Shown one piece after another: positions 10,730-39,524 of a stretch of 64,000 bases of DNA. This DNA is from the human T2T-CHM13v2.0 reference genome, Homo sapiens. The stretch is taken from NCBI RefSeq assembly GCF_009914755.1, contig NC_060931.1. One strand, given 5' to 3'. Position 1 is the first letter of the stretch, and each line of letters opens with the position of its first letter. The notes below the pieces were generated by a model, which saw only the letters and a program-made list of their open reading frames with translations, was not told the DNA's origin and did not search any database. The position numbers were made by a program, and so were the translations under genes.

Positions 10730-11400
10730 CTCCTCCGGGTAAAATGTTCCGAACGCGCTCAACCGCCTCTTGAGAGGAAGTAGCACGTGTAGTGAAGGCT
10801 TGGTCTCCAAGAATCACTGGTGCCCCCACTCACTGCGGCCCAGCCTCCCACGCCGCCCGCCACTGAACCCAATCCCCCAGGACCCCTACCTGGGCTCAGG
10901 AATGGTCAGGCAACACGTGGGGCCCAGGATGGCGGTGGATGACTAAACTGCCGAAGACCGCGCCGCTGCGACTACGAAGTACGGAGTACGGAGTACAGGT
11001 CTGCCAGCCAAGACTGACGCCGCGCGCTGCGCCGCGCACCTCGACGTCACCGCGTAGTCCCGCCCCGAAGCCGTGCGTGGCCGGGGCCACAGCGTTTGGG
11101 GTAGATGACGTCACGCGGCCGCGGGCGCTCGCTTGGTAGGGTGTGCTGGGGCGTAGAGTTTAGGGTCCTGAGGCTGCGTCTGCGTGTCAACTCAGTGGAG
11201 TCTCTCGACCGCCCTTTGTTACCCTCCTTTAGTGACCAGAAGGCTGGAGTTACGTAATCTGCCCCTACAGCTAAAAGGACGGAGGCCTGACGGCGTGGCC
11301 TGGAGGGACGCGCTGAGCCCCTAATGGGTGGTGCCTTCCTGGTGCGGCCGCACAGGCGGGGCCGGGCGGAATCCAAGCACGATGTGGACACGGAGCCTTG
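10730..11400. promoter_or_regulatory. SNHG15 CpG island/promoter with E-boxes, CRE and GC box
   Basis: CpG-dense; CACGTG at 10784-10789 and 10914-10919; TGACGTCA at 11106-11113; CGACGTCA at 11042-11049; GTTACGTAAT at 11249-11258; CCCGCCCC near 11060. Confidence 0.85.
10890..11040 (-). ncRNA. SNHG15: SNHG15 exon 1
   Basis: Donor CCCAG|GTAGGG at 10890/10889; lies in CpG island; TSS approximate. Confidence 0.8.
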
Positions 11401-11646
11401 GGAATGAACAGGAGCCTGCCTGTGGGAGCATGTGGGAAAGGTGATGCAGGTGGAAGGGCAAATACAAATTATACATAGGGTTTAATTTTCCCTGAGGAAA
11501 ACAAGGGACGAGAAACCATCCCCCTCCCTTTTTCTTTCAAAATTTCAGCCTCTCTCCTTTCCAAATGTACTCAAGTCTTTTTCTTATATGGCCAGGTTCA
11601 ACTCAGGAATGTTTCTTGGGAGCCATCTCCTTGAAGTGTAATTGTT

Positions 11647-12051
<405 letters not shown>

Positions 12052-12631
12052 CTATCTCTACTTAGCTGCATAGAAAAAGTGAGTTTCTGTCTTTGTGTTG
12101 CCTTTAGCAGGTTGCATGTGATGTACGGCATCACAATCTGGTTTAATACTTATTCAGTAATGGTTTTCTGTCTCTTCTACCTTTGTGGAGAGGTTTCATG
12201 GGTTGGGAGGAAACTACTCTCCACCCCCCACCCACCCCCAGGCAGAGGAAAGCACATTGAAAGGTCCTGAAATTGGGAAGGACATGGTTTGCTGGTGATA
12301 CAGCTAAGTATTACAAGTTTGTAGTGTTCTGGAAGGGTCTCAATGAGGAGCGGGAGATAAGGACGATGTGTTCAAGGGTCTTGAATGATCAGGCTAGAAA
12401 AGTGAGAACGTGGTTCTATAAGTAAAAGCAGAGCAGTGCTTGAAACTCGTATTTTATGTATTGCACCTAGTAAATACATTCAATCACTTTACAGTATACA
12501 AATCCCATACTTCACTAAGTGTCAAAACCCTAACAGACAGATAAGGCAGAACTGTTACTTCCAGATTACTAACATGGAAACTAAGCCCCACCCAAACAAG
12601 TTAAGTGGTTTGTTCAAGACCTCCTACAACA

Positions 12632-13739
<1,108 letters not shown>

Positions 13740-13891
13740 AGATGATGAAAGAGTACTGGGAAAGTAAATAGCTACGAAGGGCCAGAGAAGGTGTGTTACT
13801 GAAGAAAGTGGGATCTCCCAAGGGACTCAAAGAGAAGAGCTTTTTAACACAGTGATAACCCCAAAAAATTCACTAGAGAAGTGGGGGATGC

Positions 13892-14857
<966 letters not shown>

Positions 14858-15009
14858 TTAATTGTGATTTTGCTGGGAAACTGCATGAGACTGGCACAAA
14901 GAGAGAAACATGACAGCAGTATTTTAACTGCTTATCAGAATACTAAAAATAACTTTCTTCAAACCCACATCTCAAATGAGTAATTCCATTGTTCTTCCAG
15001 GCCAACTAG

Positions 15010-15418
15010 TGACGCACGATATTTTTCTTCTTAGTTCAGCTAAAATCTGGGCTCTTGTCTCCCGATCAGGAAAAATTAGGCACATGGACACATTGAAGGG
15101 TCAGAATGTATTAAGTGAAAAGAAAGCCCTTAGCAAAGAGGTGGTCCTGCCAACAGGCTCCTACTCCACAGACTGAATATCAGGCCACCATACTGGAGCT
15201 GAAGAAGCCCGGCTCCCCTGCATAAAGCATGAATTCCTGGTGGCTCCACCCCATTTCCCCAGTGCACATGTAGGCCTCTAATCTGAGCCACTCCACACTG
15301 ATTTATTTCCCTTACTGCACATGTGTTAAGGGATAGAATTTTTCACTGTAGGCATGTTTAGGCAAGCCCCCTGTGCATAATGACCTGGATGGCATTTGGC
15401 TGTCTCCCGCCTCTATCA
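15010..15418 (-). mobile_element. Solo ERV1-class LTR (MER61/MER48-like, family tentative)
   Basis: TG...CA termini; reverse complement starts TGATAGAGGCGGGAGACAGCC and ends AGCTGAACTAAGAAGAAAAATATCGTGCGTCA; near-TSD CTAG/GTAG. Confidence 0.6.
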
Positions 15419-15500
15419 GTAGCATATTTAGGGGAGGAAAGATGAATTTTCTTGCTACCCTTCTAAATTCTCAGCTAGAGTCCTTGTAACAAAAGATAGA

Positions 15501-16103
<603 letters not shown>

Positions 16104-16422
16104 AAAAGATTAACAGGAGAAAAACAAATGGAGCTATATTAACATGTATACTTTGCATATACATGTGAGATGCCCAAGAAAATGAGTAATTCTCAAAGGA
16201 GTGGCTTAGAATTCAGGTTTAAGTACCATCTTCAGCTAAAAACAAAGAAGGGAGTGAGGAAGGCCAGTTTTGGGAAAAAGACCCGGAGAAGCACACAAAA
16301 CAAGTTGCTGCCTTCTCCATTGATAAGGGTCTCTGGTGATTTAGAGTCAACTTTCTCTTCCTGGTACAGAGAGGGAGACACCCTTACAAAGAGCGATTTC
16401 TTTTAAGACTGTGAGTTTCTCT

Positions 16423-17282
16423 CTTTTTTTTTTTAGTATTTATTGATCATTCTTGGGTGTTTCTCAGAGAGGGGGATTTGGCAGGGTCATAGGACAATAG
16501 TGGAGGGAAGGTCAGCAGATAAACATGTGAACAAGGGTCTCTGGTTTTCCTAGGCAGAGGACCCTGCGGCCTTCCGGTGTTTGTGTCCCTGGGTACTTGA
16601 GATTAGGGAGTGGTGATGACTCTTAACGAGCATGCTGCCTTCAAGCATCTGTTTAACAAAGCACATCTTGCACCGCCCTTAATCCATTTAACCCTGAGTG
16701 GACACAGCACATGTTTCAGAGAGCATGGGGCTGAGGGTAAGGTTATAGATTAACAGCATCCCAAGGCAGAAGAATTTTTCTTAGTACATAACAAAATGGA
16801 GTCTCCTGTGTCTACTTCTCTCCACACAGACACAGCAACAATCTGATCTCTCCTTCCTTTCCCCACATTTCCCCACTTTCTACTCGACAAAACCGCCATC
16901 GTCATCATGGCCCGTTCTCAATGAGCTGTTGGGCACACCTCCCAGACGGCCTGGCGGCCAGGCAGAGGGGCTCCTCACTTCCCAGACGGGGCGGCTGGGC
17001 AGAGGCGCCCCCCACCTCCCGGACGGGGCGGCGGCCGGGCGGAGGCGCCCCCACCTCCCGGACGGGGCGGCTGCCGGGCGGGGGCTGCCCCCCACCTCCC
17101 TCCTGGACGGGGCGGCTGGCCGGGCGGGGGCTGCCCCCCACCTCCCGGACGGGGCGGCTGCCAGGCAGAGACGCTCCTCACCTCCCAGACGGGGCGGCTG
17201 CCGGGCGGAGGGGCTCCTCACTTCTCAGACGGGGCGGCTGGGCAGAGACGCTCCTCACTTCCCAGACGGGGTGGTGGCCGGG
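16423..17282 (-). mobile_element. 5'-truncated SVA retrotransposon (SINE-R plus partial VNTR; SVA_B/C-like)
   Basis: Poly-T then TATTTATTGATCATTCTTGGGTGTTTCTC (SVA 3' end), HERV-K-derived SINE-R, GC-rich VNTR units CCCGGACGGGGCGGCTG from ~16935; imperfect TSD GTGA(G/A)TTTCTCT at 16411-16422 and 17283-17294. Confidence 0.93.
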
Positions 17283-17665
17283 GTGAATTTCTCTTTCAAA
17301 GGGGTAGCTTATGCTGTTTTCATAGCTTCTGTTTCTCAAAATTACTAGCTCAGAATAATCCTTAGGCCAAGGAGGCATATTTTGGGGTGGCATATTCTGG
17401 TCTCCTACAGATGTATGCCTGAAAAGAAAATTAGCAATTTGGCTCTAGAAGAATAAACAGTGTTAGCTAATGAGATGTCAAAATGGAACTTGCAAGGTTG
17501 CTTCCGTTGGGGGCCACACAGTGTGGCTGTATTTCTGAGGGGTCATTCTGATCCAGAGTTGATTTGGTCCTTCATGATTTATAGGCCTGGAAACTGGATA
17601 TTAAAATTCACTGATAGTTCACTCTAATCAACTCTAAAGTGTCTTTCCTTCACTAATGAAGTCTA

Positions 17666-19392
<1,727 letters not shown>

Positions 19393-20003
19393 CAAAAAGA
19401 TTTGGGTTTATTAACCTACCATGACCAGGGAGAGCACCCCAGAGGAAGAAGGGCTGCTTCTCATTACGAGGGAATAGGAAGGGGACTTTGTAAGGTTTGG
19501 GCTGGCCCTGAGTAATTCTGAAGAGGGGACAAGGGGAAGTGAGTATCATGGCTATAAAGTTGCTTTCATGAAGTGTGGGCAGTTTAGTAATTGGGTACCT
19601 TGGTCGCTTTTGTTCAAGATGTAGGAGCCACACAACAGGCTGGGGAGGTTATTGGTAAGAAAGCAGTAATCATAAGTAGGTGGCTGTTAGGACACTTTAC
19701 AGCCAAGGTGTGACCTGGAGAGAAAGAAAAGATTGTTTTATGTTATAATTGTCTCATTGGTGTCTGTTACGAGAGACTGAATATACAAATAGACAATGGC
19801 TGGACCATTTGTACAACTAGAACTCTGACTGACAACCTGCAGAAACCTCCTCAGGAAACCAATTCGTTATCTACAGCAACCAGCCCAGGAAACAAGCCTG
19901 CTGTAAGTCATACTTGCAGGAAGCCAGGTGTTATCTCTAGTGACAATCCAGGAGTAACTTTTCTAACAGCCCCCAAAGCCTAGGACTTAATTAATAACTG
20001 GCA

Positions 20004-22751
<2,748 letters not shown>

Positions 22752-23517
22752 AACTGGCAGCTTTCCTAGTTTTCGGTCCTGCTTCCAGCTTAGGAGCAAC
22801 CAGAGAAAGACAAATATGTGCCCCTAACCAATCACTTGGGATGCCCTGCCCCTTGCTTCCCCAGGCCAACAGCCTCAAATGAGGACATCCCTGGAGGCTT
22901 CCCTTTTTTCACTATAAAGCTTACCCACTCCTCTGCCTGACATTGAGTCTCATCCAAATACAAATGATGGTGGCTGACTCCCTTGTTATAGCAAGCTAAC
23001 AGCCTTTTTGCTTTTCTCATTTTATTGTCTTTATTCCCAGTTATCACCATCTGATCATTAGCCAGTGGACTTTTGCTTGAAGCATGAACCTGTGTATGCA
23101 AAGACAGGGCAAAGGTATTCTGATGGATAAGAACAGCCTGAGGAAGTCAGCACATCCAGAGTTAGGCTAAGAGAAGTTTTAGTAGTGTTGTTTACTGTAT
23201 TATGGAGTGATAAATATGCATTTGTGGAAGACGGTGGAAGACTTTAAATATCAGGCCTTTGTTCTGTGAATGGTGGGAAAATAATGACAACCAGATGCGC
23301 TACATCATTTGCGTGTGTAAATGTGGCAAGCTGGATTATTGCAGAAGGCAGATTGAAAGGGTGTTTCCACTATCTCTGCTTTATCTTGCAGAGAATGGAA
23401 TACTTATGCCTTTGGAGAGGTCTAGAGACCAAGTATTTCTTTTGAATATCAGTATAACATAGGCCCAGTCAGGAGACAGAAACACAGTAAAGAAAAGTTT
23501 AATATAAAGAATTATTA

Positions 23518-23805
23518 GGCCGGGCGCGGTGGCTCACGCCTGTAATCCCAGCACTTTGGGAGGCCGAGGTGGGCGGATCACGAGGTCAGGAGATCCAGAC
23601 CATGGTGAAACCCCGTCTCTACTAAAAATACAAAAATTAGCCAGGTGTGGTGGCTGGCGCCTGTAGTCCCAGCTACTCGGGAGGCTGAGGCAGGAGAACG
23701 GCGTGAACACGCGAGGCAGAGCTTGCAGTGAGCCGAGATCCACGCCACTGGCACTCCAGCCTGGGCGACAGAGCAAGGCTCCGTCTCAAAAAAAAAAAAA
23801 AAAAA
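23518..23805 (+). mobile_element. CpG-rich young Alu (AluY/Sc-like) just upstream of the CCM2 island
   Basis: GGCGTGAAC and GAGCTTGCAGTGAGCCGAGATC diagnostics; small internal deletion. Confidence 0.85.
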
Positions 23806-24299
23806 CCACCAAAAAAACACAGTTTACATTCTAGCTGTGCTACAAAGTTCTTACCGGCAGATTGGTTTAGTGGCAAAATAGCAGACCTGCTGGTGACTCC
23901 AATTTGTAGTGTGCTTTTGGGCGAATCACCTCATTCCCCGGACCTCATCTGGAAAATGTGGAAATTATACCGGATGACTGGTAAGGTTCTACGATTTTAT
24001 TCTGATAGGGTCTGCACATCCTTGTGGTTGCACTTCTATTTTCCAAATGTGTTTGTCTAAGGCAGGCAGACTTTATAACAGAGAAGTACTAGAAAACGGA
24101 TTCCCTGTGGCTCAGGGAATAAAGTGGGACACAAGAAAAAAGAAAACCGCACCGCACCCAGACTCTCGGCGGGACGCCCCGCCCCTCAACAGTGGCCGCC
24201 TCCTCGCGCCCCTCCTTCGCCATCTGCCGGCCGCGTCCCCTCCCGCCGGCCCCCGTCCCCCGTCCCCCGCCCCCCGTCCCCTTTTCAGAGACCTGAGCT

Positions 24300-24420
24300 C
24301 CGCCTCCCTGGACGCGAGGCAGGCTGGGAAGTCGGCCGCCGTAAAGATGGCGGCAAATTGAAAAAGTTGGAGCTGCTCCCGCGCGCGCTGAGTGGGCGGA
24401 GCGAACAGGGGGCTGGACAG
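24300..24420 (+). other. CCM2: Probable upstream alternative (non-coding) first exon of CCM2
   Basis: YY1/initiator-type motif and good donor GACAG|GTGCGT at 24420/24421; start approximate. Confidence 0.55.
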
Positions 24421-24906
24421 GTGCGTTCTCGCGGCCGTGCAGAAGCGAAGTAGGGGTAGGAGCGTTTCCGGCTCTCCTGAAGGACGCGGGGCGGGGTGGG
24501 GGTGGTGCAAGGCAGGCGCGTTCTCGGCCGTCCTGAAGGGGCAGGATCTTCAGCCTGTGGGCGGTGCTCTCGCCGTGAGCGGGGCCAACGGGCCGTGTTC
24601 TCCCTGAAGGGGCGGGGTCTGATCGCTGCGGGTCGGATTCCCTTGGGCCTGAAAGTGAGGATGAGCGACAACCGTGGGCGGGGCCTGCGCTGGGGAAGGT
24701 GGGGCCTGGGCGGGGCGGAGGGGGGGCCTGCTCTCTCGGGCCCGGAAGTGCGGGTGTGGGGCGCGGCCGGGGCGGAGACTTCGGGCCCGGCTGGCGGGCG
24801 GCGCCGGGAGCGCGGGGGCGGCGGGCCCGGGTCGAGCATGTAGCGGCTGCTGGCGGCGGGGCTCCCGGGGCGGGCCGGGCGGGCCGCGGGAGCCGCACGC
24901 GGCGAT

Positions 24907-24936
24907 ATGGAAGAGGAGGGCAAGAAGGGCAAGAAG
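24907..24936 (+). CDS. CCM2: CCM2 (malcavernin) coding exon 1
   Basis: GAT-ATG-G; MEEEGKKGKK then AAG|GTGAGC donor; phase 0, joins exon 2 [13 protein letters not shown]. Confidence 0.97.
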
Positions 24937-26866
24937 GTGAGCGTGCGCGGGGGCGTCCTACTGCTGTGGTCGGCGGGCGGCTGGGTTGAGGGGCCAGGGT
25001 GGGGTGGGCGGGTGTTCCTTGGGGCCCGGGGGGGGGGGGGCAGTGGGCCAGCTGGCGGGGCGGGGCGGGGCAGGGCGAGACCCCGGACAATGGTCAGGTG
25101 GGCTTTCGCGGCCGGGCGGGCAGGAAGCGCCGCGCCTTTCCTCTGGCCCGGGCAGCGGCTCGCCCCGACCTCGGCCCCAGACGGCCTTCCCTGCGCGTCG
25201 GGACCTGGGGCTGCAGAGGAAGTGGGCCCGGCGAGGGGCCAGAAAGCTGTCCAGGGCTGGAACTGGAGCTAGTGGGCTGTGTGGTTAACGTGGAGACGTT
25301 TGCTGCTCACTGGACTTCGTTTTTGGATATCCAGTAAAAGCAAGGGTGGCCTTCACCTTATGGCCAGCTCACTCGTCCACTATCACTCAGACCTAAAACC
25401 ATTGATTGATTTTAGTGACGCTAGCTACATTTGGCAGTGGGATTTAGGACATAGTTCATAGTCAAACCCCAGTTTATGTAGTTTTACAAAATGTGGCTTT
25501 AATTACAGTAAAGGGTTATAGTAGTCGATAAAGAAACATTTTAAGACTGGAAAAACGATGTGGATTGAACTACCATTAAAGTGGAAAATGGATTTTAATA
25601 AAATGTATCTTTTTCAAATAAATGCTTTATAATCTTCACGTCTTGGCTATCATTTTCTTTTTGATGTGTGTGTGCGCACTTTTATCCACAAGTTTAAAGC
25701 AGACCTCGATAATTCCTAACTATGATTTTACTACCCTGAACTCTGCAGGGAAGTGTCCTTTAATTGACAGCTACTCACCACCTTGTTTGACAGAGTGCCC
25801 CATTTAAAAGTCCTGTTTGAAATAGAATGTAGCCAGGTGGCCTTCAGGGAGTCCTGTGGTGCTGGTTCTCTACTTTCTCAACTCATTGTTTCATGTTAGC
25901 ACCATGCATGTCTAATTTAGGTGCAGTATAATTTGCGGTTATCTACAAAGATGTTTTAAGTCTGGAAAATAGCTCAAGATAGTGATTCAGCCTGCAGGTG
26001 TTAGATTAGAGATGCGTGCTGCGCACAGAAGAGGGAGGAGCCAAGCAGTGTAAAAGGAGTTAGCTGGAAAGGAGAGGTGCTAACCCCGTGGCTGCTTAGT
26101 AGGGACCATCAGGCCCGAGTGTGGATGATGCTGAGCTTTGCGGAAAGTGAGCCATGTGCTCTGTGGAATGCCGGGATCCAAGAGCGCGCTAAGGACTGAT
26201 GACCTCATTGTGCACCGCTTACAGGAGTACCTGGCCCATCTACCTGTGTGTGATAGGCAAGGATGGAATTGAGTGATTTTTTTTTCTAGAGCTGTCTATC
26301 AGCTTTGGTAGAAACATGAAACACCCAGCAAATAGGGAGAGAGAGAGAGAAGCAGTAAGACTGTTTTTGGGGTACAAGTGAAAAAACAGTAAAATTATCA
26401 AGAATTTTCCAGTTGGGTAATGAAAAAATTTAGGCATAAACAGGTTAATTATTAATTTCATTTTCTCACTAGAGGAGATAATCAGTTGTTATGTAGTTGC
26501 TTAAGCCAGGGGTTTTGTGTTTTTTCTGTATTCTGCCACTTGTCTTAGCTTGTTTCCTGTAGACAAGCCAGACAAGGAGCTTTGGGGCATGGATTCTTCT
26601 CCAGGTCATGACTTAACACTACCTCGTGTACTCTGCCAGTTGCAAGCTGGCAGAACCTTCCTGCTCAGCTACCACATTCAATGTGAGATCACCTCCAGTT
26701 TAATAACTTCGGTGGTTAAATCATTCTCATTAAGGTAAATTGCATTGCTCTAAACTTATACACAAATTCAGACATAAGTAGCAGAAGTACTGACAATAGT
26801 TTTATGAAGGTACAGTTTGGACGCTTAAATTCTTCTAAGTTAGCTTCTTCAAAAAATGCAGAATTA

Positions 26867-29603
<2,737 letters not shown>

Positions 29604-30814
29604 CTAAACCGATTCTATAACTGTCACAAGCCATACTTGGGTTCAGAAGGTGAATTGGGGCTGCTATATTTTGTTTTATTTTTCCTCTTGGGTAGCTATT
29701 GCAGTGATTCTTGGATGGCAACTTGGTAACTCAGGGTCAGGAGGCTGGAGAACCAGGCAGGAGGTGCTCAGCAGAGAACCTAAGGCAGCCAGTAGGTGAG
29801 GCCAGAATGATCGGCAACATAAGGCTGGTTACTTTTCTGTCTTGAAGAGTTACCATTTACATAGTATGTATTTGTTAATTTTCAACATATTGTCAGATTC
29901 TGTCATAATTTAGATTCAGAAAGCACATCAGAACCTTCCAGGGCTGCTCTGAGCATCCTTTCAGAGGAAGATAGTGTAAAGCAAAACGTTTCTCTTAGCA
30001 ATATTATTGCAGTGAAGGGCTTCCCTGCAGACGAGAAGGGCGTCTGCAGTCTGCCCCACTGGGGCGCTTACTCTTGATCTTCCAGTTTTTTCATTTCCGT
30101 CAGCAGTGCCCCCTCCTTGTTGTCACTGCAGTGTAAGTAAATGGTCATGATTAAGTCCTATAAACCTAACTATTGAGCATTTAAATCACCCTCTATTGTT
30201 GGTTTACGTGGTGGCGATACAAGTTTTTAGTGAGATAACTTGGTCATGCCTTGCCTATTATGTGCTTAGCCCACTGAGAAGAGGGTTAGGGACATTGCAC
30301 TTTGGAAAGTAGGTCACTTACACCTAAAATTAGAGACTAAGGGCAGACCTAGGATGTCAGAAGAGACATGGGGCAGGCAGCAGCCACTTCCAGCCAGGTT
30401 GAGACCGGGACTGTGTCCTGCAGTTCAGAAGCAGAGATGAGGTGGAGAGGACCCCCCAGTCCTGGGAAGTCCTTGGGCTGGGAAGTTGGGTGTTGGTTCT
30501 GTATGCACTTGAAGCCACTGGAGGTGTTCCACATCATGCATTCACTTGTCCATTAAACTATTGTTTATTAGCACCAATGGTGTCAGACACAGATGCTGGA
30601 GACTGAAATGTGTACGGTGAGCCTGTGGCTGCAGAGCAGGAAGTGGAGCCCGGGGATGGATGGTGGGAGCAGGCTTTGGTAAGAGTGATCAGGAACACCT
30701 TTATGAAAACTTCAAAAGCAAATGTAAAGAAAAAAAATCATGTAACGAAGTCCCCTGTGCCCATGTGTGGGCAGTCAGTTTCATGTGCACCTTCTCCTCA
30801 TTGCTGCTTCCTGC

Positions 30815-31516
30815 CTGTGTGGGCCGAATAGTGTCCCCTCAGAGTCATGTGCTGAAGCCCCTACTTCCAGGACCTCAGGATGTGACTGTATTTGAAGATG
30901 GAGTCTTTTTTTTTTTTATTTGTTTTTATTTTAGACGGAGTCTTGTTGCTCTGTCACCCAGGCTGGAGTGCAGTGGTGCGATCTTGGCTCGCTGCAAGCT
31001 CCGCCTCCCAGGTTCCCGCCATTCTCCTGCCTCGGCCTCCTGAGTAGCTAGGACTACAGGTGCCCGCCACCACACCTGGCTAATTTTTTTGTATTTTTGG
31101 TAGAGATGGGGTTTCACCGTATTAGCCAGGATGGTCTCAATCTCCTGACTCCGTGATCCACCCACCTCGGCCTCCCAAAGTGCTGGGATTATAGGCTTGA
31201 GCCACCATGCCTGGCCTGAAGATGGAGTCTTTAAGGAGGTGATTGAGGTAAAATGAGGTAATTGTGTGGGCCCTAATCCAATCTGATGGATGTCCTTATA
31301 GGAAGTTATTAGGACACAGAGAGGAATGATCATTGGAGGACTCATGGAGAAGGCAGCCATCTGCAAGCCAAGGAGAGACCTCAGGAGAAACCACCCTGCT
31401 AAATTTACCTTGATCTTGGACTTTCAGCATCTAGACTCTAAGAGAATAAGTTTCTATTATTGAAGCCACTCAAGTCTATAATACTTAGTCCTGGCAGCCC
31501 AAGAAGGCTAATGCAC
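30815..31516 (+). mobile_element. MLT1 (MaLR) solo LTR, MLT1B-like, with antisense Alu inserted
   Basis: ACCTCAGGATGTGACTGTATTTG...GGGCCCTAATCCAATCTGA...GCCATCTGCAAGCCAAGGAGAG...CTTGATCTTGGACTT; Alu ~30909-31216 with 16-bp TSD TGAAGATGGAGTCTTT (30893-30908, 31217-31232). Confidence 0.85.
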
Positions 31517-32577
31517 CAGGTGATTTTGAAGCAAACCCTAGAGTTCAGTTTGTAGATAGAAGTGCAGTAGTAACTCATCAAGACAGAAGAGTAACAAGCC
31601 TTATGTTGCTGGTCATTCTGGCCTCATCTGCTGGCTGCCTTAGGGTCTCTGGGGTGAGTTCTGAGGACCAAGTCTACACTGTCAACATGGCCACGGACGA
31701 GCTGCTCAGAGTGACAGGACAACCCTCACTGTGCTGTATGTAAACCATAAATCACAGCACACTCTTTGTGGTTGGGAGAACATGTATGGTGTTTTGGGAG
31801 CTGGCACAGTCAGGGATGTCATTCATTTCATCTGGGACAGGCTTTGTGCTCTGGGATCTGTGGCGGGAGCAGTGAGCCCAGCCATGTCCTCTGCATGCAT
31901 CGCTGTGTCCTTGTGAACAGTGGATCTTTGTTAGCGCGCTTCGCACTCCTTGGCTTTTTTATCTTTCAATCAAGAACAGCAACTGCTCTTCAAATGATTC
32001 TACAGGTATGAGGGAGTTTACATTTGGATTTGTCAATGGAACCATTAGGATTTTTTGTTTGTTTGTTTTGTAAAAATAAGAACTTTTTTCCTTAGCCTTG
32101 TGTCTGTGCCAAAAATGTGACCTTTTTTTTTCTCCCAAGTGTGCCCAAACAGTAACAATTTTTTGCTTGGATTATGTTAAGAATTAGGGCATTTGACCAT
32201 AGGCATTAGATGTATGTGCAATGAAAGTGATCCCCTTTAATAAGCATAATAGGAACATGGAATTTGGGCTTTTGTTTGCAGCTTAGGATGATGGTGTGTC
32301 TTGTAACCCAAGGAGGTTTTTCACTTTTCTGAAAGTGAGAAGACTGGTCAGCCTAAACCCGTGGTGTCACTGTTCTTAAGGGAAACCTAGTTGAGGAGTG
32401 GGAGATAACCATTTCACATGTTGTTTTTGTACCTTGGAGAAAAAAAAGAGAGAAGCCTTTATTTAAATCTTTATGTCTATTCTATAGTTTAAAATTCCAT
32501 ACAGGTTTTTTTCAAAAAATCAAATTTGCTTCCTGTGTGTTGTCACCATGAGCTCTCTGGTCAGGTGTGGAAACTGA

Positions 32578-39524
<6,947 letters not shown>

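Larger units (their letters stand above)
7370..11040 (-). ncRNA. SNHG15: SNHG15 lncRNA (snoRNA host gene 15; aliases C7orf40/MYO1GUT), multi-exon
   Basis: Contains SNORA9 in an intron; CpG-island 5' end; canonical splice sites define exons ~11040-10890, 10462-10386, 8791-8722 (alternative donor to 8655), 8411-8187 (other donors possible) and a terminal exon 7670-~7370; AATAAA at 7395-7390. Ends approximate. Confidence 0.9.
24150..25260. promoter_or_regulatory. CCM2: CCM2 CpG island promoter
   Basis: Very GC/CpG-rich; many GGGCGG boxes; ETS/GABPA CCGGAAGTG at 24742-24750; YY1 AAGATGGCGGC at 24344-24354. Confidence 0.92.

Noticed and set aside
16880-17393. Several overlapping ORFs of 68-139 aa
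   Set aside because: Translations of the SVA VNTR.
24089-25090. 333-aa and 215-aa minus-strand ORFs over the CCM2 promoter
   Set aside because: Pro/Arg/Ala low-complexity translations expected from a stop-poor CpG island; no recognisable domain.
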